NCBI GenBank assembly: GCA_963784075.1
Contig: CAWAQW010000025.1
Span: 30,230 to 94,229 of the forward strand
DNA: 64,000 nt
Reading direction: 5' to 3'
From: an uncultured Alphaproteobacteria bacterium
Lineage (GTDB): Bacteria > Pseudomonadota > Alphaproteobacteria > Rhizobiales > Beijerinckiaceae
The position numbers and the translations under genes were made by a program. Below the pieces are notes generated by a model. That model was not told the DNA's origin. It was given only the letters and a program-made list of their open reading frames with translations, and did no database searches. Shown piece after piece: positions 20,452 through 31,529 of the stretch (position 1 is the stretch's first letter; each line of letters opens with the position of its first letter).

Positions 20452-22101
20452 ATGAAAGGCTCCGACCTCCTTATATCCGCCTTGGAGAACGAGGATGTTG
20501 AGTGGATCTTCGGCGTCCCGGGCGAAGAAACTCTCGACATTGTCGAATCCCTGCGTCGCTCCCGGATCAAGCTGGTCCTGACGCGTCATGAACAGGCGGC
20601 GGCGTTCATGGCGGCCACACACGGGCGGCTGACGGGCAAGCCCGGTGTCTGCCTTACAACACTTGGTCCAGGCGCATTGAACCTGACAACGGGTGCAGCG
20701 TATGCATTGCTCGGAGCGATGCCGATGGTGATGGTCACAGGCCAGAAAGGGATTCTGAGCCGAAAGCAGGCTCGGTTCCAGGTCGTGGACATCGTCTCGA
20801 CGATGGCGCCGCTAACAAAGATGGCGCACCAGATCGTCAGCCCAACGACAATCCCCTCCGTTGTGCGCGAGGCCTTCCGGCTGGCGCAGCAGGAAAGGCC
20901 AGGCCCGGTCCATCTGGAACTGCCGGAGGACATCGCGCACGAAGAGACGGCCGACATTCCGCTCGTGCCGCGGCACCCGATCGACATCCCGGTTGCCCAT
21001 CCCGCGGCTCTGGAACGCGCGGCCGACCTGATCCTCCGGGCTGAGCGGCCGCTGGTGATGCTGGGCGCGGCGGCCAGCAGGCCACGGCTGGCGGACGCCC
21101 TGTCGGATTTCGTGCGCCGCGTGCGCATCCCGTTCTTCAACACACAGATGGGCAAGGGCGCGGTTGCCGGTGGGTCCAGGCTCTACATGGGCACCGCCGC
21201 GCTCACGGAACGCGATTACGTCCATCGGGCGATCGACCGCGCCGATCTGATCATTTCGATCGGGCACGACACGGTGGAGAAACCGCCCTTCATCATGGGC
21301 CCGAGGGGGCCGACCGTGCTGCACGTGGGCTACCTGCCTGCCACCGTCGAGGAGGTGTTCTTCCCGCATGCCGAAGTGGTCGGTGATGTCGGCCCGAGCC
21401 TCGCGCTGCTGGCCGATCGCGTGGAGGGCAAGTTGACGAACGCCGGAGCGCTTCTGCCGCTGCGCGAGGGGATCCTCGTCCACATCGCCGAGCGGGCCGA
21501 GGAGAGCCGCTTCCCGTTGACCCCGCAGCGCATCGTGCACGACGTGCGGCAAGTGATGCCGGAGGACGGTATCGTCTCCTTGGACAACGGCATGTACAAG
21601 ATCTGGTTCGCACGCAATTATCGCACGCACGTGGCAAACACGCTTCTGCTCGACAACGCACTGGCAACGATGGGCGCCGGCCTACCGTCGGCGATCATGG
21701 CAGCGATGCTCTATCCGGACAGGCGTGTGCTTGCCGTGTGCGGCGATGGCGGCTTCCTGATGAATTCCCAGGAGATGGAGACTGCAGTCCGCCTCCGGCT
21801 CAATCTCGTGGTGCTGATTCTCCAGGATGATGCCTATGGAATGATACGCTGGAAACAGGCGGTGGATGGGTTCCCCGATTTTGGCATGACCTTCGGCAAT
21901 CCGGATTTTGTCACTTACGCAAAAGCCCTCCACGCGAAGGGCAGCCGGGTGGAGACCGCCGAGGAGCTGGTCCCGTCTCTTGAAGCGGCATTCCAAGAGC
22001 GCGGCGTGCACCTGATCGCGGTGCCAATCGATTACGCCGAGAACATCAGAGTGTTCGTCGATGAGTTGCGCAGCGGTACGCTTGAACTCAAGGGAGGATG
22101 A
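20452..22101 (+). CDS. ThDP-dependent enzyme, acetolactate-synthase-like family
   Basis: FGVPGEE, RHEQAAAFMA, TLGPGALN, GDGGFLMNSQE...DDAYGMI. Confidence 0.9.
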   Translation: MKGSDLLISALENEDVEWIFGVPGEETLDIVESLRRSRIKLVLTRHEQAAAFMAATHGRLTGKPGVCLTTLGPGALNLTTGAAYALLGAMPMVMVTGQKGILSRKQARFQVVDIVSTMAPLTKMAHQIVSPTTIPSVVREAFRLAQQERPGPVHLELPEDIAHEETADIPLVPRHPIDIPVAHPAALERAADLILRAERPLVMLGAAASRPRLADALSDFVRRVRIPFFNTQMGKGAVAGGSRLYMGTAALTERDYVHRAIDRADLIISIGHDTVEKPPFIMGPRGPTVLHVGYLPATVEEVFFPHAEVVGDVGPSLALLADRVEGKLTNAGALLPLREGILVHIAERAEESRFPLTPQRIVHDVRQVMPEDGIVSLDNGMYKIWFARNYRTHVANTLLLDNALATMGAGLPSAIMAAMLYPDRRVLAVCGDGGFLMNSQEMETAVRLRLNLVVLILQDDAYGMIRWKQAVDGFPDFGMTFGNPDFVTYAKALHAKGSRVETAEELVPSLEAAFQERGVHLIAVPIDYAENIRVFVDELRSGTLELKGG

Positions 22102-23492
22102 ACGGGAAACTAACGATGATCAAGGTTGTCCAAGCATTCGACCGAATGCCTTTGGCGGAAGTCGCCGATGATGAGGAGGTGGTGCTCGAACGCAAGCTCG
22201 ACACTGCCGCCCGAATCTTTGGCAATCGCGACTGCTGGCTGAAGCCTTACCAACGGATCGAGATCCTCCAGAGACTGGTCACCCTCATGGAGGGCAAGCG
22301 CGAACATTTCAGCCGCCAAATCGCCCGCGAGGGCGGCAAGCCAATTACAGACGCGATCGTGGAGGTTGGCCGCGCGATCGACGGCGTGCGCAATGCTACC
22401 GAAGTGTTGCGCACCGCAGGCGGACGGGAAATCTCCATGGGAATTACCCCAGCGAGCGTCGACCGCTGGGCCTTCACCATTATCGAACCGCTTGGCGTGG
22501 TCGTCGCCATTTCGGCCTTCAACCATCCCTTGAATCTGATTGTCCATCAGGTGGTGCCGGCAATCGCGGTGGGCTGTCCAGTGATCGTCAAGCCGGCCCC
22601 AACGACGCCGCTATGCTGCGTCGATTTCGTCGCCTTGGTACGCGAGGCCGGCCTGCCTGAGGGCTGGTGTGAGACTGCCCTCCTTGAGAACAACGAGTTG
22701 GCCGAGAAGCTAGCGACCGATCCTCGCGTCGCCTTCCTCTCTTTCATCGGCTCGAGCCGCGTCGGCTGGCATCTGCGCTCCAAGCTTCCCCCGGGGACGC
22801 GCTGCGCCCTGGAACATGGCGGGGCTGCCCCGGCGATCATCGACAGGAGCGCCGACCTCGACCAAATCGTTGATCCCTTGGTCAAAGGCGGCTACTACCA
22901 CGCCGGCCAGGTCTGCGTCTCGACCCAGCGCATCTACGTTCACGCCGATATCGAACGCGCATTCCTCGACCGCTTCGCTGCTCGCGTCGTCGCTCTCAAG
23001 GTTGGGGACCCGCTCTTGGCAGAAACCGAGGTCGGCCCTCTCATCCATCCCCGCGAGGCCGACCGGGTCTCAGGGTGGATCGAAGAGGCCTCGGCGGGCG
23101 GGGCCAGCGTCATCGGGGGCGGCCGCATAACCGACACGACGTTGCTCCCGGCCATCATCGTGAATCCGCCCGCCGAGGCCAGGGTCTCAACCCAGGAGGT
23201 GTTCGGCCCGGTCACTTGCGTCAGCCGTTTCATCAAACTTGACGAGGCCATCGCGGCCGCCAATGCACTGCCGATGGCTTTTCAGGCTAGCGTTTTCACA
23301 GAGGATCTGCGATCCGCGCTGCGTGCCGCCGAGCGCCTCGACGCCTCGGCAGTGATGATCAACGACCACACCGCCTTCCGCACCGACTGGATGCCCTTCG
23401 CCGGCCGCCGTCAATCCGGCTACGGCGTCGGCGGCATCCCTGCTACCATGCATGCCATGACAGAGGAAAAGATGATAGTCTTCAGGCGGTAG
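22098..23492 (+). CDS. Aldehyde dehydrogenase
   Basis: AISAFNHPLN, FIGS, LEHGG, AGQVCVS (catalytic Cys), EVFGP, MPFAGRRQSG; ATGA overlap with the upstream gene. Confidence 0.92.
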   Translation: MNGKLTMIKVVQAFDRMPLAEVADDEEVVLERKLDTAARIFGNRDCWLKPYQRIEILQRLVTLMEGKREHFSRQIAREGGKPITDAIVEVGRAIDGVRNATEVLRTAGGREISMGITPASVDRWAFTIIEPLGVVVAISAFNHPLNLIVHQVVPAIAVGCPVIVKPAPTTPLCCVDFVALVREAGLPEGWCETALLENNELAEKLATDPRVAFLSFIGSSRVGWHLRSKLPPGTRCALEHGGAAPAIIDRSADLDQIVDPLVKGGYYHAGQVCVSTQRIYVHADIERAFLDRFAARVVALKVGDPLLAETEVGPLIHPREADRVSGWIEEASAGGASVIGGGRITDTTLLPAIIVNPPAEARVSTQEVFGPVTCVSRFIKLDEAIAAANALPMAFQASVFTEDLRSALRAAERLDASAVMINDHTAFRTDWMPFAGRRQSGYGVGGIPATMHAMTEEKMIVFRR

Positions 23493-23514
23493 GATCATCG
23501 CGATAGGAGCGGAG

Positions 23515-23650
23515 CTAGTGGATTGAATCTAACAGTTGATGCCCTCGTCTGACAGCGGCGATGATTTTGTCGGGGTCGGCGGTCCATGTGAAGGGTTTGG
23601 GCTCGGCGCTGTGCTCGTCGATCGAAAGACGCCGCGCTTCAATCGGCGCC
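23515..23650 (-). mobile_element. IS630-family 3' end remnant
   Basis: Minus strand encodes KPFTWTADPDKIIAAVRRGHQLLDSIH*. Confidence 0.7.
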
Positions 23651-23725
23651 TGGTGAGCTCTGGTTTTATTTCTGGTTTACCTTGAGCTTCCGTGAAGTCG
23701 AGGATTTGTTGGCTGAGCGTGGCTT
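23651..23725 (+). mobile_element. IS6-family transposase N-terminal fragment
   Basis: WFYFWFTLSFREVEDLLAERG-like segment. Confidence 0.6.
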
Positions 23726-23791
23726 GCAGTGTGATAACCTTCCAATAACCTTTGCGAGCCTGCGAAACAGGCCTAGCCGGGAGCGAATGCC

Positions 23792-24526
23792 TTGACCAGC
23801 AGTTCAGATTTTCGAAGGCCTACTCTCAATCTTGGTCCGGGAGCCGAGGCGCTACGCGCCAAGTGGGGCTGGATTGTTGCACTCGGCACCATTTATGTTC
23901 TCGCCGGGCTGATCGCGCTCTACAGCGTCGTCACGGCGACCGTAGTGAGCGTATTTGTGGTTGGCATTATGATGCTAATCGCCGGCGCTGCCGAGGTTAT
24001 CAATGCATTCCAAGTGAAATCGTGGGGCAAGTTCCTCCTCTGGATCCTTCTCGGCGTGATGTACATCGTTGCCGGCTTCGTCACGTTCGAGAACCCGCTC
24101 CTCGCCGCAGCGCTCTTGACCCTCGCGCTCGGGGCAGCGCTCGTCGCCTCGGGCATCATGCGGATCATTCTGGCCTTCAATATGAAGGAGGAGACGCCGT
24201 GGATCGGGGTGGTCTTCTCAGGTGTGATCACGCTCCTGCTTGGCCTCATCATCCTGGCACACTGGCCAGTGTCAGGCCTCTATACTCTCGGGCTTTTCCT
24301 CGGGATCGATCTCGTCTTCGCGGGAGCTGGCTGGATCGGTGTAGGTGTCGGCCTGAAAAGTCTCGCGTACGAGGCCGAACATGAGGCCGGCCGTGCGGAA
24401 GGGTATGAGGCGGGCCGAAAAGCGGGACATGAGGCCGGTCATGTGGAGGGATACGAAGCGGGCCGAAAAGCGGGACGGGATGAAGCCATGAAGCTACCGG
24501 AACCGCCACCATCAACGGAGGCGTGA
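23792..24526 (+). CDS. HdeD/DUF308 membrane protein with a repetitive C-terminal tail
   Basis: Six hydrophobic segments, WPVSGLYTLGLFLGIDLVFAG; tail of EAG/EG repeats. Confidence 0.85.
   Translation: MTSSSDFRRPTLNLGPGAEALRAKWGWIVALGTIYVLAGLIALYSVVTATVVSVFVVGIMMLIAGAAEVINAFQVKSWGKFLLWILLGVMYIVAGFVTFENPLLAAALLTLALGAALVASGIMRIILAFNMKEETPWIGVVFSGVITLLLGLIILAHWPVSGLYTLGLFLGIDLVFAGAGWIGVGVGLKSLAYEAEHEAGRAEGYEAGRKAGHEAGHVEGYEAGRKAGRDEAMKLPEPPPSTEA
24380..24475 (+). repeat. 2x 48-bp tandem coding repeat
   Basis: CATGAGGCCGG...GGCCGAAAAGCGGGA at 24380 and 24428 (HEAGxxEGYEAGRKAG). Confidence 0.9.
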
Positions 24527-24618
24527 ACGAAATCAGACTGACGAGATCTGCGGGAAAGCGTGGCCGGATTTTGTCACGCTTTGGGCCGTCGCTTCCGAAC
24601 GCAAGTAACGTCTCAGTT

Positions 24619-25126
24619 TGGATTGTCCGGCGTCGTCGCCTGTGAGAGAGATTTAGCGGGTTGAAGAACGGAGGATTTCTGGCTCATCGTAACCATCGAG
24701 GAGTGGAGATGAGCCAGAAATCCGGAACCCCGAAATTGTCTCCGAGCGGATCGTGAAGGACATTCGCCGGGCGACGCGCAAGCAATATTCGGCCGAGGAG
24801 AAGATATCCGCATCGTGTTGGACGGCCTGCGCGGCGAGCACAGCATCGCGGACTTGTGCCGGCGCGAAGGCATCGCCGAGAGCCTGTATTACACTTGGTC
24901 GAAGGAGTTTCTGGAGGCCGGAAAACGGCGCCTTGCAGGCGGCGGCGCCCAGCGGCGAGGTCAAAGACCTGCGCCGGGAAGCCCAGGCGCTGAAGGAGGT
25001 CGTCGCCGAGCAGGCTTTGGAACTGCGGCTGCTCAAAAAAAGCATGATCACGGATGGGGGAAGCGAGGAATGAGGTATCCGGCTTCCGAAAAGCTGGAGA
25101 TCATCCGGCTGGTCGAGCAATCGCAT
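24619..25126 (+). mobile_element. IS3-family left end with orfA and the start of orfB (truncated)
   Basis: KDIRRATRKQYSAEEKI, LRGEHSIADLCRREGI, A7G slippery site 25035-25042, MRYPASEKLEIIRLVEQSH. Confidence 0.8.
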
Positions 25127-26313
<1,187 letters not shown>

Positions 26314-26399
26314 GCGTCGGCCATAAACCGCCAGATCTGCAAGGCGGACCGGCCGACAAGACGCTGATGAAACAAGGGGTAACGTTAGGAGGAGGCAGC

Positions 26400-26499
26400 A
26401 TGCGGGTCGGTATTCTTGATTCGGGACTGATGGGCGGAAAGCTCGGGACGCTGTTCGCACGTGCCGGGCATGAGGTGGTGTTCAGCTATTCGCGCAGCA
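26400..26499 (+). pseudogene. NADP oxidoreductase (F420-dependent-like) N-terminal fragment
   Basis: MRVGILDSGLMGGKLGTLFARAGHEVVFSYSRS Rossmann start with GGAGG RBS, then truncated. Confidence 0.7.
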
Positions 26500-26721
26500 A
26501 TGAAGCCGGGCACACGGCTTGTGCGGGAATGGCGCGGGGTCACCCACGTGGTTCTCATTCGGGTCGACGGGATCGAGTGGCGCGGTGAGCGCTATCCTTC
26601 TCTCTCCGTGGTCGCGCGAAAGATCACCGGCGCCCGCTGGTCGGGCCCGCGGTTTTTTGGCCTCAAGCGGCGGCAGCTGGGCTCTTGCTCAAGCGCGAGA
26701 ACAGGCCATGGCGCGGGCTGA
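26500..26721 (+). pseudogene. DUF2924 C-terminal half (module 3)
   Basis: [17 protein letters not shown]...[24 protein letters not shown]. Confidence 0.85.
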
Positions 26722-28416
26722 TCCCGCCCGGGCCGGAACTCACCATCCGCTGCGCGATCTACACCCGAAAATCGTCCGATGAGGGCCTCGAGCAGGAATT
26801 CAACTCTCTCGATGCCCAGCGGGAGGCGTGCGAGGCCTATATCGTAAGTCAGCGCCACGCCGGATGGGTCGCGCTTGCCGACATGTACGATGACGGCGGT
26901 CTGTCCGGCGGGTCGATGGAGCGGCCTGCTCTCAAGCGGCTTCTGGAGGACATCAAGACTGGCAAGGTTCAGATCATCGTTGTCTACAAGGTCGATCGGC
27001 TGACGCGGTCGCTTTCAGATTTCGCCAAGATCGTCGACGTCCTCGACGCCCATAACGCATCCTTCGTGTCGGTGACGCAGCAGTTCAACACGACGACCTC
27101 CATGGGGCGCCTGACGCTCAACATGCTGCTCTCCTTCGCCCAATTCGAGCGCGAGATTGCCAGTGAGCGCATCCGTGACAAGATCGCGGCCTCGAAACAG
27201 AAGGGCATGTGGATGGGCGGCAACGTGCCGCTCGGCTATGATGTCAGGGACCGCAAATTGATCATCAATGAGCCTGAGGCATCAACCGTCCAGTTGATCT
27301 TCAAACGCTATGCGGAACTCGGCTCGGTCGCGCTGCTCAGGGCGGACGTCGTTCGTATTGTGAGCAAGCGCCGTGAGGGCGCTGGCGGAGAGCTCGCCGG
27401 CGGCCAACATTTCTCCCGCGGCGCCCTCTATCTGATGCTGCAGAACCGGATCTATCGGGGCGAAGTTGTTCACCAAGGCGAAGCCTACCCCCGGCCAGCA
27501 CAAGGCCATCATTGATCCGGAGCTTTGGCAGATCGTGCAAGACAAGCTCGCAGCCAATCGGCAGGAACGCTCCTTGGCGGTCGGCGCGGAGGCGCCGAGG
27601 CTGGCCGGCCTGATCGTCGATGCCGACGGCAACCCTATGACGCCAACCCATGCCACAAAGAGAGCCAAGCGCTACCGCTACTACGTCTCGGCGTCCCTTC
27701 TGGCTGGCGATCGCCAGCAAGCCCGGAATGGGATGCGCGTTCCGGCGGGCGATATCGAAGGGCTGGTGCTCGACCGGCTGAGAACGTTTTTCTCGTCTAG
27801 GACCGAGATCTCTGACGCGCTCGCGCCGCTCGATCTTGAGGCTCGCGCGCTTGATACGGCTCTACGCAATGCATTCGCGCTTTCAGAGCGATGGCTCACC
27901 ATGCCGCCGGTCGAGATGAGAAGCCTCGTTTGGGACATTGTCGAGCAGATCACCGTCGCGGCCGATCGGATCGAAATCCGCCTGAGCCGGGCGAAGATCA
28001 CCGAGGCGCTGGGGCTGGGAGGAGAGAGCCCTTCATCTGATTTCAATTCATTCGTTCTGTCGAACGAGGCAAAGCTGCGCCGCGCCGGCAAGGGGAAACG
28101 CCTCGTCATTGCAAATGGCGCCGGGACCGAAGCCAACCCAAGCCTCGCCGCCATGATCACCGAAGCTTTCGCGATCCGAAACCAGCTCCTCTCAGGATCG
28201 GACGACAGCATCGAGGCGATGAGCGGACGCCTCGGAATGAATATGGGCCGCCTCACCTCGCTTGTTCGATTGTCCTATTTGGCTCCTGGCATCGTGCGTG
28301 CGCTCCTCGCGGGCCGTCAGCCAATCGAGCTGACGCCGACGAGGCTCTTGCGGCTGAGCAAGGACCTGCCGCATGACTGGAGCGAGCAGGGACAGTTCCT
28401 CGGCTTCGCCGCCTAA
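26708..28416 (+). CDS. Large serine recombinase (module 3; frameshifted)
   Basis: [53 protein letters not shown]...LPHDWSEQ. Confidence 0.9.
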
Positions 28417-28625
28417 ACCACCATCAAAATCCAGCCGCAACGCTCCACATCCGACAACTCGAAAACGGCCTCGAGAGACCCGGCGGCTGTTCGCGCCTCG
28501 CACCCAGACATTTGGCGTCTCTGGTTGGAGTCGTCGTAATCACCGGGGCGCTAACGCACGGAAGTATTAGGACTTTTCCAGCGACTGCGGAACCTGAAAA
28601 TACGCGGTCAAATCAGGGAGGTGCA

Positions 28626-28675
28626 TGGCTGGGGGACCTGGATTCGAACCAGGATTAACGGAGTCAGAGTCCGTG
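28626..28675 (-). tRNA. 3' fragment of tRNA-Gln(CTG) (att site, not a complete gene)
   Basis: Minus strand CACGGACT-CTG-ACTCCGTTAATCCTGGTTCGAATCCAGGTCCCCCAGCCA: anticodon arm, perfect T arm and CCA; no D arm or 5' acceptor strand. Confidence 0.85.
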
Positions 28676-29135
28676 TTAAGACGCTGACATTGTTGATATT
28701 TTTAGTAAACTTGACCAAAATTCGTTGTAGATGGTTCCAATAAGTTGCCCGCGTTTTGTAAACTTTCCAAGCGGGCGACAAGACACCATGAACTTTTCCC
28801 CCGATGCCTTTACCCAGCCACGCCAAGACAGGCCTTGCCTGAGGGCTTGGGGAAAGCTCGGCAAGGGGGAAACGGGACATCTATTTCCGCACCAGACAAT
28901 AAGGTGCGGGCCGCCGCAGCGATTCCGCCAAATAGGCGGTGCTGCTTGTCATCGGTCAGTCGAACGCGAGCGCTATCGGGGCCTAGATAGCCGCGTCATC
29001 AATTTCGCGGGCGGTAAGTTAGCCGCGCTTCCCGATGTCGGATAACGGCGCGCCGGTGAATTTAGATTGATGGATTATTCGGCCAGTTTTGGGCGGGCTA
29101 CGGCAGATGCGTGGGTCTTTCAAACGCCTTGTCTC

Positions 29136-29210
29136 GGTTTGACAAATCGCCGGTAAGCCTTTGATTTCCCGTGCTGGTTTGACAGAATTTTCAGCGCTAA
29201 GGCTTTGATT
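29136..29210 (+). promoter_or_regulatory. Integrase arm-type repeats plus two IHF sites
   Basis: GGTTTGACA at 29136 and 29176, each followed by TAA-N4-TTGATT (29154-29166, 29198-29210). Confidence 0.6.
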
Positions 29211-29224
29211 TTCCGCGTTTAACG

Positions 29225-29274
29225 ACGGCCTCCAACACCGGGGGTTGGGGGTTCGAGTCCCTCCTCTCCTGCCA
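29225..29274 (+). tRNA. Degenerate 3' fragment of tRNA-Trp(CCA) (att remnant)
   Basis: CGGCCT-CCA-ACACCGGGGGTTGGGGGTTCGAGTCCCTCCTCTCCTGCCA; 5' half absent. Confidence 0.75.
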
Positions 29275-29704
29275 AAAAGATCGTTCGATTATTTCATGAA
29301 TTTAAAGTGGCTCAGCAACCAGAACTGGTTGGGCCACGCCGATGCAAGGGCGCCATCAAGGACTTTGCGCGCGCAATTCCGGTCATTGGCTTGCGGACGC
29401 GAGCGGCGACGTGATGGCGTTGCAAAGGCCGCCTTCGAACCCTGCCCGCAGGTGACGGCAACTGGGAAAAAGAGCAACGGCCTTCCTTCTCAATTCAACC
29501 GGCACCGCGGCTCGCAACGCCAGACCGGCAATTCCTCTTGGCCCGTCTCCGGGCCAGTTCTCCCGCGCAACGGACGAAGCTGCGACAGGTTTTATGATTC
29601 TGGCGTCGTCTAACTGCGACATTGTCACCCCTGCCCCAACCCAGCCTTAGAGATAAGAAAACTTCCTCTAGTATATCAAGGACTTATAATACTTCGCCTA
29701 AACC

Positions 29705-29732
29705 TTGACACAGAATAAAAATGAAATATGGT
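29705..29732 (+). promoter_or_regulatory. Putative sigma70 promoter of the atp F0 operon
   Basis: TTGACA-N16-TATGGT. Confidence 0.5.
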
Positions 29733-29883
29733 GCGCCCGTCTCGGGGTCACCACGTCAAGTCCTGTTCTTTATTCTCTGCTCGCCTTTTAAGGCGCCTCG
29801 CTCGCTTTTGACGACGAGGCGACTTATAGTCCGGCGCCTCGTCGCTTTCGAGAAGCCGACGGGGGAGCTGGGGAGCGAAATGT

Positions 29884-30280
29884 GTGACGAAGCGTGACGA
29901 ATTATCGGACGGCCGCCAAGGGCGCATCGAGGAAAGTCGCCAGGGGGGCGGCCGAGAAGAGGAGACCTTGAAGGCCCGGCTCGATAGGCTCTCAACTGCC
30001 CTTGACGCGCAAGCCGAGGCGGTTAAAGCATCGGGCGCAACCAAGACGGGGCGAGACGGCGCCTCTCCTGGAGCGATCGGGAACGCGATGAGTTCTCGCT
30101 ATCCGCGTCCTGAGCGAGTTCGTGGCGGCGGTGATGGTCGGCACCGCCATGGGATGGGGAATAGACCACATCGCTGGGACTTCGCCGGCGTTTCTTATCG
30201 TCTTCCTCCTTTTTGGAGCGGCGGCGGGATTTTGGAATGTTTATCGCATAGCCATGAAGCCTCCCGGCAAAGAGAATAAA
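29884..30280 (+). CDS. atpI: AtpI/AtpZ-family ATP synthase protein I (frameshifted)
   Basis: LKARLDRLSTALD in one frame; RVLSEFVAAVMVGTAMGWGIDHIAGTSPAFLIVFLLFGAAAGFWNVYR in another. Confidence 0.8.
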
Positions 30281-30418
30281 TGAGGTCGAAAACGCCGCTG
30301 CCATATGCTTCGAAACTGGTTTTGAGTGCGACGATGGCGTTCATGCGAAGCCGCAAAGACGAGGTCTAGAAGTTAAGGTATTTCTCGTGAAACAAAGATA
30401 GGGGCGAAGGATACAGAC

Positions 30419-31177
30419 GTGGCCGAAGAAAACGCAATGGATCCGATCCACCAGTTCGCGATCAAACCGATCGTCAGTCTCCACCCCTTTGGGATTGACG
30501 CGACGTTTACCAACGCGTCCCTTTTCATGGTGATTGTCGCGCTCGCCGCCGCCGCTATGATGCTGCTCGGAACGTTGCCGCGCGCGCTTGTTCCTGGCCG
30601 CCTGCAATCCGTCGCCGAGATGGCCTATGAATTCGTCAAGTCCACCATCAACATGGCGGGCTCACATGACGGAATGCGTTTCTTTCCCTTCGTTTTCACG
30701 CTTTTCCTCTTCGTGCTGTTCAGCAATCTCATCGGGCTCGTGCCTTATACATTCACGGTGACGAGTTAGATCGCGGTGACGGGCGCGCTTGCGCTTCTTG
30801 TGATTGGCATCGTCGTTGTTTACGGCTTCATGCACAATGGAACGGGCTTCCTGAGGCTATTCGTGCCATCGGGCGTGCCTTTGGCGCTCATGCCATTCCT
30901 CGTGCCCATCGAAATCATTTCTTTCCTATCCCGCCCGGTGAGCCTCTCGGTTCGTCTTTTCGCCAATATGCTTGCCGGCCACATCACGCTCAAAGTCATG
31001 GGCGCCTTTGTCGTGAGTTTGCTCGGCGCCGGCGCCTTCGCGGTCCTCGCCCCCTTGCCCTTCGTCATGGCCATCGTATTGACCGCTTTCGAATTGCTTG
31101 TGGCGGTCCTGCAAGCTTACGTCTTCGCTATTCTCACTTGCGTCTATCTCAATGACGCAATTCATCCGGGTCACTGA
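30419..31177 (+). CDS. atpB: F0 ATP synthase subunit a with an in-frame TAG at 30767-30769
   Basis: [54 protein letters not shown]; both ORF halves are in the same frame. Confidence 0.93.
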
Positions 31178-31232
31178 ATAAATATTTGAACAACAGATCA
31201 GTTGCCCACCACACAACCTGAAGGAGTGCACA

Positions 31233-31463
31233 ATGGAACCCGCAGCAGCCAGATTAATCGGCGCTGGCCTCGCCGCAATCGGCACGGGGGCAGCCGCGAT
31301 CGGCGTTGGTATCATCTTTGGTCAATTTCTTCTCGGCGCGCTGCGCAATCCCACCGCATCCGATGGCCAGTTCGGACGTGTGTTCATCGGCGTTGCGCTC
31401 GCAGAAGGTTTGGGCATTTTTGCCTTGCTCATCGCGATTCTTTTGCTCTTCGTCGTTAAGTAG
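31233..31463 (+). CDS. atpE: F0 ATP synthase subunit c
   Basis: [16 protein letters not shown] loop, ALAEGLGIF (proton-carrying Glu). Confidence 0.95.
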   Translation: MEPAAARLIGAGLAAIGTGAAAIGVGIIFGQFLLGALRNPTASDGQFGRVFIGVALAEGLGIFALLIAILLLFVVK

Positions 31464-31529
31464 CAAAAGCAATTTGGTGTGCCCGGAGCCCGCTCCGGGC
31501 ACACCCGCATTGATCAGGAGATTCGTTTC

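Noticed and set aside
24380-24475. CRISPR-like array
   Set aside because: Two adjacent coding repeats without spacers; no cas genes in the window
28626-29274. Functional tRNA-Gln or tRNA-Trp genes
   Set aside because: D arm and 5' acceptor strand are absent in both
30767-30769. Programmed amber readthrough (pyrrolysine) in atpB
   Set aside because: No pyl genes in view and TAG ends other genes here (atpE, atpF); mutation or error is simpler
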